A stretch of 64,000 nt of DNA from Chloroflexota bacterium (GTDB lineage Bacteria; Chloroflexota; UBA11872; VXOZ01). The number at the start of each line of letters is the position of its first letter. Position 1 is the stretch's first letter. The DNA is taken from positions 2,148,845-2,212,844 of the forward strand of contig OZ244922.1 of assembly GCA_965221905.1 (NCBI GenBank), given 5' to 3'. The notes under the pieces are model-generated. The model worked only from the letters and a program-made list of their open reading frames with translations, searched no databases and was not told the DNA's origin. The translations under genes were made by a program, and so were the position numbers. Shown piece after piece: positions 30,371 to 39,757 of this stretch.

Positions 30371-30883
30371 ATGCCCAGTGTTCTGGGGTTATTTCAAACG
30401 GCAGACACCGCGGCAGCAGCTGCGGACCGACTACAGGCCTCAGGGTTCGGCCCAACTGACTATGAGGTACTAACAGGCGCACCCTATCCGGAAGGTGCCT
30501 TTGGCGAAGATTCCGGAGACCATCGTCTATTCATATTCCCTCTTGGCGGCGCCATAATAGGGTTCGCGGTCGGCTTGATGGTGACGGCCGGCACGCAGCT
30601 ATCTTTTCCGCTCGTTACGGCGGGAAAGCCCATTCTTGGCATACCGCCAATGTTCATCATCATGTATGAAGGCACGATGCTCGGGGCGCTCATCTTTACT
30701 ATCATGGGCGTCATATTCGAGTCTCGTCTCCCAAATCTCACAAATGATCTCTATGATTCGCGGATAACTGAAGGCTATGTGGGGTTGGTGGTTCGTTGCG
30801 ATGACGATGCGCAGGCAGATACCGCCCAGTCAACCCTCACCGATGCAGGCGCTGAAGAAGTGAAGCAGCAAGGACGGAGCTAA
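30371..30883 (+). CDS. actD: ActD-like subunit of alternative complex III (DUF3341-like)
   Basis: N-terminal MPSVLGLFQTADTAAAAADRLQASGF followed by a two-TM region, the typical ActD pattern. Confidence 0.6.
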   Translation: MPSVLGLFQTADTAAAAADRLQASGFGPTDYEVLTGAPYPEGAFGEDSGDHRLFIFPLGGAIIGFAVGLMVTAGTQLSFPLVTAGKPILGIPPMFIIMYEGTMLGALIFTIMGVIFESRLPNLTNDLYDSRITEGYVGLVVRCDDDAQADTAQSTLTDAGAEEVKQQGRS

Positions 30884-30888
30884 CCCGA

Positions 30889-31452
30889 ATGCGAGACCGG
30901 CTACATTCACATGGCCTGTTCCGCTCAATGCGTGACCTTGTGCGCCGGCGCTGGTTGGTACTGGGTATTCTACTTGGCATAATGCTTGCCGCTTTATTGA
31001 CCTCGTGCAATGGCTACGTCTGGGACATCTTTCCCGAGATGCACTACCAGGCGTCCTACCGGCTGCAGGAACCGCCACGGCGAATGCCTCCCACCGATTC
31101 TGTGCCGATAACAGGAAAAGCGCGCGAGTACAGATTCGCGGAAGCCGCAGAGGTAGCCAATCCCCTCACAAGCACGCCTGAAGGCATAGAAGCCGGCAAC
31201 CGGTTGTTCCAGACCAATTGCAAACACTGTCACGGTGCGGAAGGCCTAGGAGACGGTCCGGCGGGCGCCTACTTCGATCCGCCGCCGCAACCGATGCAGG
31301 GCGAGCGCGTGACCGATCGCAGTGATGGTGAGATCTACTGGATCCTAGCGAACGGCTCGGGCAACATGCCCAAGTTTGGCCACCTGTTGGCCCCTGAAGA
31401 ACGCTGGGAGCTTATCCTCTTCATACGGTCATTGCAGCAAGAAGACGGTTAA
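30889..31452 (+). CDS. actE: Monoheme cytochrome c subunit (ActE-like), membrane/lipid-anchored
   Basis: A single CKHCH heme motif, an N-terminal hydrophobic anchor with LLTSC, and a second axial Met context. Confidence 0.65.
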   Translation: MRDRLHSHGLFRSMRDLVRRRWLVLGILLGIMLAALLTSCNGYVWDIFPEMHYQASYRLQEPPRRMPPTDSVPITGKAREYRFAEAAEVANPLTSTPEGIEAGNRLFQTNCKHCHGAEGLGDGPAGAYFDPPPQPMQGERVTDRSDGEIYWILANGSGNMPKFGHLLAPEERWELILFIRSLQQEDG

Positions 31453-31473
31453 CGCTACTGGAGAAGGCGACTC

Positions 31474-31761
31474 ATGGACCATGCATTAGCACTACCGATT
31501 TGGGACGAATTAGACACCGGATTTATATTTTTTTGGCTGGCGCTCGCTATGATGGTCGCCACGGCCGTTTCCTTCTTGCTGGCACACGCCATCATCCCGT
31601 CTCTGGTGGGTACACGCGATCTCCCGCAGGGGTTTGCGAGACTTCGGCCCGTGTTTTACGGTGCCACAATTGTTGGGCTCATTCTTGCTCTCTTCTTGTA
31701 CTACACCACGTGGCAGACCGTTTCCGTATACCTGGACATCTATCCGCGTAAGTGGATCTAA
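31474..31761 (+). CDS. Small two-TM membrane protein at the end of the act cluster (possible ActG-like subunit)
   Basis: 95 aa with two hydrophobic helices; position in the operon. Confidence 0.35.
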   Translation: MDHALALPIWDELDTGFIFFWLALAMMVATAVSFLLAHAIIPSLVGTRDLPQGFARLRPVFYGATIVGLILALFLYYTTWQTVSVYLDIYPRKWI

Positions 31762-31840
31762 GCTACCAGCGGGAAGCTCCAGAGGTCTTGGCAATTCGGC
31801 CAAGAGGCTGTTGGAGGCGCAGTACAATACGTCATTGGGT

Positions 31841-31870
31841 GAGGATTTCTCTTGGATATCCTCATTTTTG
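31841..31870 (+). terminator. Putative intrinsic terminator after the act cluster
   Basis: Hairpin GAGGAT-N11-ATCCTC followed by ATTTTTGTC. Confidence 0.35.
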
Positions 31871-31962
31871 TCTTGCCGAACCCGCACAATTGCCTAGGCC
31901 AGTCGAGCGATTTTGCCCTAAGACCCCAAAACCCAGGTAACCACCCTTGGCAATTCGCGTAC

Positions 31963-31993
31963 CTTGACAGCCTCTCAATTTATTTGCTACTAT
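31963..31993 (+). promoter_or_regulatory. Sigma-70-like promoter for the rhodanese gene (TTGACA-N18/19-TACTAT)
   Basis: Consensus -35 TTGACA and -10 TACTAT about 55 nt upstream of ATG 32048. AAGGAG ribosome-binding site at 32034-32039. Confidence 0.45.
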
Positions 31994-32047
31994 GTAGAGC
32001 AACTTGATCAACTTAATGCGGTTCTTACAATACAAGGAGCATGAAAC

Positions 32048-32887
32048 ATGGCTGAATACGCCGACTCAAATGTCCTCGTTTCGACAGACTGGGTAGCCCA
32101 GCACGGCAACGACGCGAATGTACGGCTCGTAGAGGTAGACGTGGATACCACCGCCTATGAGACGGGTCACATCGCCGGTGCAGTGGATTGGGGCTGGCAG
32201 TCCGATCTGAACGATCCCGTCCGGCGCGACCTTATCGGCAAGGAAGACCTGGAGCGGCTCCTGGGCCAGAGCGGAATCACTGCCGATACCACAGTGGTTC
32301 TCTATGGCGACAACAACAATTGGTTTGCTGCTTTCGCTCATTGGATCCTCAAGATATACGGCCACAAAGATGCGCGCTTGATGAATGGGGGCCGTGTGAA
32401 GTGGCTGGAGGAAGGCCGTCCAGCCTCATCCGATATTCCCCATATCGCGGCAACCACCTACACTGCGCAAGACCCGGACGCCGCCCTGCGCGCCTACCAA
32501 GGCGACGTGCAAGACCGCTTGGGCAATCCAAGCGTCGGTATGGTTGACGTGCGTTCACCGCAGGAATTCACTGGGGAAATTCTGGCGCCCCCAGGCTTGC
32601 CGGAAACCGCCCAGCGCGGCGGCCACATTCCCGGCGCCGCCAATATCCCGTGGGCTTCCGCCGTCGCGGAAGACGGCACCTTCAAGTCTGCCGACGAACT
32701 GAGCGAGATTTATGGCGGCAAAGGCATCGTTCCCGACAAGGAGATCGTTACCTACTGCCGGATTGGCGAACGCTCGTCGCACACCTGGTTCGTGCTCAAG
32801 TATCTGCTCGGCTACCCGGACGTGCGCAACTATGATGGCTCCTGGACCGAATGGGGCAGCATGATTGGCGTGCCTATAGAGAAGTAG
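32048..32887 (+). CDS. Two-domain rhodanese (thiosulfate/3-mercaptopyruvate sulfurtransferase family)
   Basis: Tandem rhodanese domains with an active-site loop CRIGERSSH in the C-terminal domain. Confidence 0.8.
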   Translation: MAEYADSNVLVSTDWVAQHGNDANVRLVEVDVDTTAYETGHIAGAVDWGWQSDLNDPVRRDLIGKEDLERLLGQSGITADTTVVLYGDNNNWFAAFAHWILKIYGHKDARLMNGGRVKWLEEGRPASSDIPHIAATTYTAQDPDAALRAYQGDVQDRLGNPSVGMVDVRSPQEFTGEILAPPGLPETAQRGGHIPGAANIPWASAVAEDGTFKSADELSEIYGGKGIVPDKEIVTYCRIGERSSHTWFVLKYLLGYPDVRNYDGSWTEWGSMIGVPIEK

Positions 32888-32990
32888 CAAACACTGGCGC
32901 TCTAGACGAGTTAAGGCATGACACAACCTTGTACGGTCGACTGGAAAGTACATCGAAAAGTCTTCGACGTAGTAGAGGGAGAACACAACG

Positions 32991-34187
32991 ATGAGATCGA
33001 TTAAGTGCTCCGCAGTAACCGCGTCGGCGAAATGGCGCCGGCTCTTGGCCCCATTGCTTGCCATCCTTGCTGTAGGTTTGTTGGCTTCCGCCTGTGGCAC
33101 GTACGTCATTCAGCCGGAGGCGCCCGTTTCCACTGCCAAATACGAAGTCTGGGCCATGGACCAGACCAACAACATAATCCACATTATCAATCCGCAGCTT
33201 GAAGTAGTGGAGACAGTCGATCTTTCTGAAGCGGGCTTGGAAAGAACACACTGGATCAACTTCACGAGCGACTCCAAATACGCCTGGATAGCCAGCACAG
33301 TCTCCGGCAACACGGCCGTCATCAGGGCGGAAGACCGGCAGGTGATCGCCACGTTCGACACGGGTCCTGCGAGTCATGCCGCGGACATTTACCCGGACGA
33401 TAGCGGCGTTCTCGTCTCCGTGATCAAAAGCGGTGAGCTGGTTGAGGTTGTAGCGGACCACGCTACGGAGACGTTCTCCATAGGCCGCATCCTTAAGATT
33501 GCGGAGGACCCGCTCGTGAAGGAACGGGCAGACGAGTTCCCCTCTGCGAATCCGATTTCATCTGCGTTCACCCGAGACGGGCGCTACGCATATGTGACGC
33601 TGGGTCCTGCCCTTGCCGATGGCGGGCTGGTCATACTGGATTTGGAGACTTTCACCTTGGTCAAGGCGTACTCGCCGGAAGAGGTCAAGGTGAATCTGAT
33701 GAGCGTCCTCTCGCCCGATGGCACAAAGATGTACGTCACCGGGGGCTCGCGGGACGCGAAGAGCCTCTTCTACGTATTTGATACCGCAACGCATGAGGTA
33801 GTCGCCAAGGACGCAACCCGTGGCGCCGAGGCGCACGGCATGGCGCTGACGCCCGACGGCTCCGAAATTTGGATTACCAACCGCTGGACCGGCAACGTCG
33901 GCATCATTAGCACCGAGTTCGACGAATTCATCGAGCGGATACCTTTTGTCGGGGAAGCGCCGGACCTCCTGGTCTTCTCACCTGACGGTGTCTTCGCATT
34001 CATCCTTTTGCGGGGTGGCGGACCTACGGATGCCGGCGCTATGTCCGGCGCCGGCGAACTGCCCGCAGTGGTGGTTGTAGCGGTGGAGACCAGGCAGGTC
34101 ATGGACATCCTGATTCAAGGTGAGCTTACGGATGAAGGCGAACTGCCGGCGCTGGACTACCACGGCATAGCAATCAGGCAGTTGTAA
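32991..34187 (+). CDS. Beta-propeller repeat protein (YVTN/YncE-like), putative lipoprotein
   Basis: Signal peptide with lipobox-like LLASAC. Repeated blade-like segments (YVT, DGSEIWITN, and similar). Confidence 0.5.
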   Translation: MRSIKCSAVTASAKWRRLLAPLLAILAVGLLASACGTYVIQPEAPVSTAKYEVWAMDQTNNIIHIINPQLEVVETVDLSEAGLERTHWINFTSDSKYAWIASTVSGNTAVIRAEDRQVIATFDTGPASHAADIYPDDSGVLVSVIKSGELVEVVADHATETFSIGRILKIAEDPLVKERADEFPSANPISSAFTRDGRYAYVTLGPALADGGLVILDLETFTLVKAYSPEEVKVNLMSVLSPDGTKMYVTGGSRDAKSLFYVFDTATHEVVAKDATRGAEAHGMALTPDGSEIWITNRWTGNVGIISTEFDEFIERIPFVGEAPDLLVFSPDGVFAFILLRGGGPTDAGAMSGAGELPAVVVVAVETRQVMDILIQGELTDEGELPALDYHGIAIRQL

Positions 34188-34221
34188 GCCAGCCAAGATG
34201 AATACAATTCGGTAACAGTAC

Positions 34222-34253
34222 AAAGGCCGGTCTCAGGCCTGAGACCGGCCTTT
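34222..34253. terminator. Perfect 16-bp palindrome, putative bidirectional terminator
   Basis: AAAGGCCGGTCTCAGG/CCTGAGACCGGCCTTT lies 35 nt after the plus-strand stop at 34187. No strong U-tract. Confidence 0.4.
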
Positions 34254-34377
34254 GACTCTGGGAATTCACCGCCTTTTGAAAGCGGAGAGCGGCATCGCTC
34301 TATGTAGAGTAGGCTGCACTGTTTCCGGCCTACTGCGATATTCGGTCACTTTCACATTGGACGAACCTAAGCGACCG

Positions 34378-34418
34378 AAGGCTCTAGCTCTCGCTAAATA
34401 AGCGAGAGCTAGAGCCTT
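34378..34418. terminator. Perfect 18-bp palindrome with AAATA loop, putative terminator for the minus-strand gene
   Basis: AAGGCTCTAGCTCTCGCT-AAATA-AGCGAGAGCTAGAGCCTT lies 70 nt downstream of the stop at 34489 on the minus strand. Confidence 0.4.
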
Positions 34419-34488
34419 CCCTATCTTGTCTTCTCTACGCCTCTTCGCCAGAATGGGAGCATCGCGCGGAATAGGCGTAGGAGTACTG

Positions 34489-36417
34489 CTAGTACAGCTT
34501 TGTTAGCGATACGCCAGTGTAATACATCTTGAGAATATGGTCGTAGGTCATCCCTTGCTCGGCGAGCACTTTTGTACTCTGCAGTGGCATACCGACGCCG
34601 TGGCCGTGCAGTGTAGAACCCTCACTCACCGGGTCGGGCACGCCAACCGCCCACGGAAAGCCCGACCCACCCCACACATCATGCCAGGAGCGAGTCCTGC
34701 CGTCTGCCCGCGAGTAGTACGCCGCGCGGATCACCTTGCCGTCATACGTCAAGAACTGGCCGCGCGTGGCGTTAGCCGCGGCCTCAAGGTTCTTTCCTAG
34801 GGTCTCACGGTAATACCCCAAGTACCACTGATGGGAGCCAACGTAAGGAGGCACATACTTGTGCGATGCGCCGATATCGAACGGCTCTTTATTGCAAAGA
34901 CACCCAAGCCCCGGCCACTGTGGATTCAAGTGTGAAAGCGCGTAGGTGCGGAAGGCAACCGTGGCTGCCTTTAGTCCTTCTGCTGGGAAAGACTCCGGCT
35001 CTTCGCCAATGCCCTTCACGTAATACTCCATGGGCAACTCATTGATCGCCCACAAACGTTCGGAATACGTCGAGTAGCGCACTTCGACAACCTGCCGGTA
35101 CTGCTGATACTGCGGTATATCGACGACTTGAAGAATCGTGTTGCCTTCAGCAATGAAGCGAACCAGGCTTGCCACTTGCGCTACACGCTCGTCGTCTACG
35201 GTCAGGCGATACTGCGATTCCTGGGGCAGGTGTGTCACCGTGACAATCTGATTAGCCTCAAAACTGTACGCAACAGCCCCATTCTCGTCTTCCGCGCGAA
35301 AACTGCCGTTACCTGAGATGCGCATGCTCTGCTCAGTGGTCGAGAATACGCCCACCCGGATCGTCATGCCGTCCGCGTCGGTGATTAGCGTGGTAACGGG
35401 CGCCGGAGGTGGGACAGGCGTGGGAGTGGGCAATGGGCCCTGCACGGCGAGAGCCTGGCGGGTCGTCGCTGAGGAATCGCGCAATGCCGCCCAGCCTCGA
35501 CCCTCCTCCCACAAGTCCCATTGCAGCGTATAATGACCAGCCTGTGCCGGCGTAGATAAAGACATACTTAGCGACGCCACGCTCCCTGCTGGCACCAGGC
35601 TAGGAAGAGCCACCCGCTCACCTTCCAAGACAGTTACCCCATTCCCATCGAGCCAGCGATACCCAACGCTGACGGCTTTCGGTCCCTGCACCGCCCACCG
35701 CCCGATGCCTACGTTTTGCACTGCGATCTGAAGGCTTAGAGTTTGATTGGTAAGCGGCGTAGCAGGCAGTCCGGTGACCCAGAATTGACCGCGCGGACCC
35801 ACCTTTTCCCCTAATTCCTCACCAAGCAGGCCAAGCGTTATCTGATAGATCTCCGGCAACTGCGGATGATACTCAAAACGCGACCGCTGAAAATACTGGA
35901 CGCTTCTGCCATTCTCTTCGACTATCTCCGAGACAGGATACCCAAAGATGTCCAGCCCTCCACGGGTATTAAAGAAACGCAAAAAGGCACCATTTACGAC
36001 GTGTCCAGTTTCCGGGAAATACCGTTGGTCTGCCGTCGTGACGACCGGTGCCGCCTTAGGGAATTCTCGATCGCTGGTGAGAATATCGCCGAGTAGGCCG
36101 AGCTGTACCTCATAGCGCGTGCCGGCGTGTTCAGGGTGGTACTCGAACCGGGCGCGCTGAAAATACTGCACCGTAAAGCCGTGTTCTTGAATCTCAGGCG
36201 TAATAGGATAGCCAAAGATATCCAATCCGCCGCGCTCTTCGAAGAAACGCTTGAACCCGAAAGAGACCGACATGTCGGTCTCGGGAAAGAAAACTGTATG
36301 ATCGGTGGCGGACAACGACTGGGGCCACAGCGAGGCAACCAATGCAAGGACAAGAATAAGCCCTGCGCGATAGGAAAATCGGCGAATAGCACTTGCAAGA
36401 GTGCAAGTCATCGACAT
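34489..36417 (-). CDS. SpoIID/LytB-domain protein with N-terminal LGFP-like repeats
   Basis: The C-terminal AAYYSRADGRTRSWHDVWGG...PWAVGVPDPVS matches the SpoIID/LytB signature. The N-terminal half has repeated FFEERGGLDIFGYPITPE...QYFQRARFEYHP units that resemble LGFP repeats. Signal peptide present. Confidence 0.7.
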   Translation of the reverse strand: MSMTCTLASAIRRFSYRAGLILVLALVASLWPQSLSATDHTVFFPETDMSVSFGFKRFFEERGGLDIFGYPITPEIQEHGFTVQYFQRARFEYHPEHAGTRYEVQLGLLGDILTSDREFPKAAPVVTTADQRYFPETGHVVNGAFLRFFNTRGGLDIFGYPVSEIVEENGRSVQYFQRSRFEYHPQLPEIYQITLGLLGEELGEKVGPRGQFWVTGLPATPLTNQTLSLQIAVQNVGIGRWAVQGPKAVSVGYRWLDGNGVTVLEGERVALPSLVPAGSVASLSMSLSTPAQAGHYTLQWDLWEEGRGWAALRDSSATTRQALAVQGPLPTPTPVPPPAPVTTLITDADGMTIRVGVFSTTEQSMRISGNGSFRAEDENGAVAYSFEANQIVTVTHLPQESQYRLTVDDERVAQVASLVRFIAEGNTILQVVDIPQYQQYRQVVEVRYSTYSERLWAINELPMEYYVKGIGEEPESFPAEGLKAATVAFRTYALSHLNPQWPGLGCLCNKEPFDIGASHKYVPPYVGSHQWYLGYYRETLGKNLEAAANATRGQFLTYDGKVIRAAYYSRADGRTRSWHDVWGGSGFPWAVGVPDPVSEGSTLHGHGVGMPLQSTKVLAEQGMTYDHILKMYYTGVSLTKLY

Positions 36418-36438
36418 TCAGTCCTCCAGTATTATGCT

Positions 36439-37356
36439 CTAGTTTTGTATCACATCCGGCTTGCGCAACAGCAGGCAGACGCCCCCGGCCTTATCCATCT
36501 CATCGTCGTTAAGGAAGCCGCAAATTCGTGAGGGCATCACCGCACTGATCCAGCCGATAAAGAGACGGGAGTATCGGTATTTTGTTGGAAATTGGAGTAG
36601 CCTGAATACACGCTCCATGCGCACGCCAAAATACTCTCTCTTCACTACATTCAGTCCGGTAGGCTCTATGACACGCTCTTCCAACGCAGCACTATTGTAA
36701 ATCCGCTGGTATTGCTCTAAATCGGGTTCGGACCCAGGCGGACGATATACTTGGCCGAACGGCAACGTAAGCGCCATCAGGCCGCCGGGAGCGAGCACAC
36801 GCGCCATCTCGCGTGCGACGTCGCTATCGCCGTCTTCAGGAATGTGCTCCAGGACGGAAACAGAGCAAACGCGTGCAAAAGAACCATCTTCGTACGGCAT
36901 GGCGCGCGCATCATGCAACTGAGGCTTAATGCTTCGCGCCGCAGCCGTCATCCCGGCACGCGTTGCCATGGTAGGCAGGTCCATTACTAGTGGGTCTTGA
37001 TCCAGCGCCACGACCTCTGCTCCATGGTGTGCGAAGAGAATCGTAAGCGGTGAGCGACTTGCCCCCACGTCAAGCAGTGTTCGGCCTTCGAACGGCTGCA
37101 ATGCATTCGCGGTCCAAGGGTATTCCAGGTAGCGACTCATGGGCAAGCCATAGAGAAAACTCAGCGGTCGCAGCCGACCGTGAAACCGATAGAAGTCAAG
37201 CGGAGAGATAGCCTGCATTGCAGAAGCCTCCTGGGGGAGAAGGGGACGGGGATTGCCGTCTTGGTTTGGAGAGGCAGCGTCGAAGTTACTCTCTAAGAAG
37301 ACCCGTGCAAAGCTCTGCGGAACCGGAGGAACTTTGGCAAAAGGGATAGTTTCCAC
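36439..37356 (-). CDS. Class I SAM-dependent methyltransferase
   Basis: LLDVGASRSPLTILFAHHGAEVVALDQD matches Rossmann motif I, with an acidic motif II. Confidence 0.6.
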   Translation of the reverse strand: METIPFAKVPPVPQSFARVFLESNFDAASPNQDGNPRPLLPQEASAMQAISPLDFYRFHGRLRPLSFLYGLPMSRYLEYPWTANALQPFEGRTLLDVGASRSPLTILFAHHGAEVVALDQDPLVMDLPTMATRAGMTAAARSIKPQLHDARAMPYEDGSFARVCSVSVLEHIPEDGDSDVAREMARVLAPGGLMALTLPFGQVYRPPGSEPDLEQYQRIYNSAALEERVIEPTGLNVVKREYFGVRMERVFRLLQFPTKYRYSRLFIGWISAVMPSRICGFLNDDEMDKAGGVCLLLRKPDVIQN

Positions 37357-37505
37357 CCCCGTCCTAGCCCTCTCCCTCAGGAGACGGGACTGTCAGGACT
37401 TGGAAAGTGAAGCGTCGTCCCCGCCAGTACATTTTGCAAGGGTCTCCTTAAGGGTATCACGAACGGGGCTCCCGGCGACTGCCAGCCGACGGAGCCGCAA
37501 CGCGA

Positions 37506-39293
37506 TTACAGCATATCGGAACGTGATTCTGCACTAGCACGCACCCGTGCACAGAACTCCGCAATAGGCAGCGCACCACAATTCTCGCCTGTGCGCAGGC
37601 GCACACTTACGGCGCCATCGTTGATCTCACGGTCTCCTACCACAGCCATATACGGTATCTTCTGAAGCTGCGCGTCCCGTATCTTGGCATTCATTCGTTC
37701 GGAACGGGTGTCTACCTCGGCGCGCAAATTAGCCTCGGAAAGTGCGGCGGCGACTGAGGTTGCATACTCGTTATGCCGGTCGGCAATAGGGATGATTACT
37801 ACTTGAACCGGCGCCAACCAAACGGGAAATGCGCCACCGTAGTGTTCGAGCAATATGCCAAAGAATCGCTCAATAGAGCCATAAAGCGCGCGGTGAATCA
37901 TGAAGGGACGACGGGCAGTGCCATCCTCCCCAACGTACTCCAACCCAAAAGTCTGCGGCAACCAGAAGTCGAACTGGATCGTGGATAGTTGCCAAGGACG
38001 ACCCAGCACGTCAACTATTTTTATGTCAACTTTTGGCCCGTAGAAGGCAGCTTCGCCCTCCATGCGCTTGTAAGAGAGGTCCAGTCCTTCAAGTGCGTCA
38101 ACCAGGCCGGCCTCGGCCATTTCCCAATCTCGCGCCTCACCTGCGTACTTGCTCGTTTCTCCTTGCTGCCACGTGCTCAGTTCCAACTGAAGGTCTTCAA
38201 AGCCATAGGTATCGAGAATCTCCAAGCAGAACTTGAGGACACGAACCAGCTCACTACTCATCTGGTCCGGGCGGCAGAAGAGGTGGGCATCGTCTTGGGT
38301 GAAGCCGCGCACCCGTAACAGCCCGTGCAGCACGCCGGACCGCTCATAGCGGTACACTGTCCCAGCCTCCGTGTATCGCAGCGGTAAGTCGCGGTAACTG
38401 CGCGTGCGGCTCTTGTATACCTGAATGTGGAAGGGACAATTCATCGGTTTTAGGTAGTATTGCTGGTCGTCGACCTCGACCGGCGCGTACATGCTCTCCG
38501 CAAACCAGTTCAAGTGGCCGCTTGTGCGCCAGAGATTGGCCTTGCCGATGTGCGGCGTGTAGACGAATTCGTACCCTCCGGCCCGATGACTCTCACGCCA
38601 GTAGTCTTCCATGATGCTGCGCACGTAACCGCCCTTGGCGTGCCACAGCACCAGACCCGGGCCGATTTCATCGGAAAAGCTAAAGAGATCGAGCTCACGG
38701 CCCAGCCGCCGATGGTCGCGCCGCTCCGCCTCTTCCAAGAACTTCAAGTAGGCTTTGAGTTCTTTCTTTGTCTCCCAGGCAGTTCCGTACACCCGCTGCA
38801 ATTGCTGGCGGTTCTCATCGCCCCGCCAATAGGCGCCAGCCGTGCGGAGCAGCTTGAACGCACCCACGGCACCAGTCCTATCAACGTGGGGGCCCTCACA
38901 AAGATCGATGAAGTCACCATTCCGATAGATGCTCACGTCTCCAACATTAGCGTCCCGTTCTAAGTCTTCGATCAGCTCGATCTTGTACATCTGATCTTGT
39001 TCGCGAAAGAACGTCTTCGCTTCTGCCACCGGCATGGTGGAGTGCGCAAAGGGCTGATCTTGGTCGATGATTTGCTGCATACGCAGGCTCAATTCATCAA
39101 TGTCCTCCGGAGTGAGCGTGCGGGGCAGGTCGAAATCATAGTAGAAGCCATCCTCTATCGCCGGGCCAATAGCTAGTTTGGCTTCCGGCATGTACTCCAG
39201 CATGGCCGTTGCCAGCACGTGGGCGGCCGAATGGCGAACTGTCTGCAGGCGTTCTACACATTGCTTTGCGTCAGCTTCTCGTACTTTCGGCAT
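37506..39293 (-). CDS. thrS: Threonine--tRNA ligase (lacks N-terminal TGS domain)
   Basis: Editing-domain HxxxH (HSAAH), class II core with QDDAHLFC, and a C-terminal anticodon-binding domain. GGAGA ribosome-binding site 7 nt upstream. Confidence 0.9.
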   Translation of the reverse strand: MPKVREADAKQCVERLQTVRHSAAHVLATAMLEYMPEAKLAIGPAIEDGFYYDFDLPRTLTPEDIDELSLRMQQIIDQDQPFAHSTMPVAEAKTFFREQDQMYKIELIEDLERDANVGDVSIYRNGDFIDLCEGPHVDRTGAVGAFKLLRTAGAYWRGDENRQQLQRVYGTAWETKKELKAYLKFLEEAERRDHRRLGRELDLFSFSDEIGPGLVLWHAKGGYVRSIMEDYWRESHRAGGYEFVYTPHIGKANLWRTSGHLNWFAESMYAPVEVDDQQYYLKPMNCPFHIQVYKSRTRSYRDLPLRYTEAGTVYRYERSGVLHGLLRVRGFTQDDAHLFCRPDQMSSELVRVLKFCLEILDTYGFEDLQLELSTWQQGETSKYAGEARDWEMAEAGLVDALEGLDLSYKRMEGEAAFYGPKVDIKIVDVLGRPWQLSTIQFDFWLPQTFGLEYVGEDGTARRPFMIHRALYGSIERFFGILLEHYGGAFPVWLAPVQVVIIPIADRHNEYATSVAAALSEANLRAEVDTRSERMNAKIRDAQLQKIPYMAVVGDREINDGAVSVRLRTGENCGALPIAEFCARVRASAESRSDML

Positions 39294-39349
39294 GAATCAT
39301 TCTCCTCACTTAGTATTATGTCTTGTTGCGAACTCTAACTCTTGGAAAT

Positions 39350-39384
39350 AGAAAAAACCTCTCGTGTCAGGTTTGTACGAGAGG
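39350..39384 (-). terminator. Intrinsic terminator inside the thrS 5' leader (transcription attenuator)
   Basis: Minus-strand reading: CCTCTCGT-N11-ACGAGAGG followed by TTTTTTCTATTT. It ends about 57 nt upstream of the thrS start, and no gene lies upstream of it on that strand. Confidence 0.6.
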
Positions 39385-39578
39385 CCTCAAGCGCTATCTG
39401 CTGTTTCTAGGTTTCGTGCTATTGTCCCCTCGTCACCTGCATGGAGAATTCACTCGTGGTGATATAGGCGATGCATCGCTGAAGATGTATTGAACCACCT
39501 AAACGATACACTACTCAGCATCTCCTCGTTGCGCCCCTATGGGCGCGCTTTGGACGGACAATCAAACCGTACTCATGA

Positions 39579-39607
39579 ATGGTACCGGAGCTTGCCACTA
39601 GTGTCAA
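39579..39607 (-). promoter_or_regulatory. Putative sigma-70-like promoter for the thrS leader (TTGACA-N17-TACCAT)
   Basis: Minus-strand motifs with 17-nt spacing. Would give a leader of about 280 nt. Coordinates are accurate to within 2 nt. Confidence 0.4.
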
Positions 39608-39757
39608 CATTGCTGTGGATCGGGAAAAGTGACTAAACTCCAACGAAAGTCCTCATCCATGACACCGGTCCAAACCTCTTGCTACCAAGGGGGACAGAGG
39701 CTAAAATTGGCGGACAGGGACTAATCCTGAGAACCAATAGGCGAAAGAGGGCATACG

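Noticed and set aside
39294-39756. Explicit T-box consensus (AGGGUGGNACCGCG) or a Thr-codon-rich leader peptide in the thrS leader
   Set aside because: The closest match (AGGUGGUUCA) lies about 140 nt from the terminator and lacks the ACCGCG half. Small leader ORFs contain no Thr run. I therefore report only an attenuator of undetermined type.
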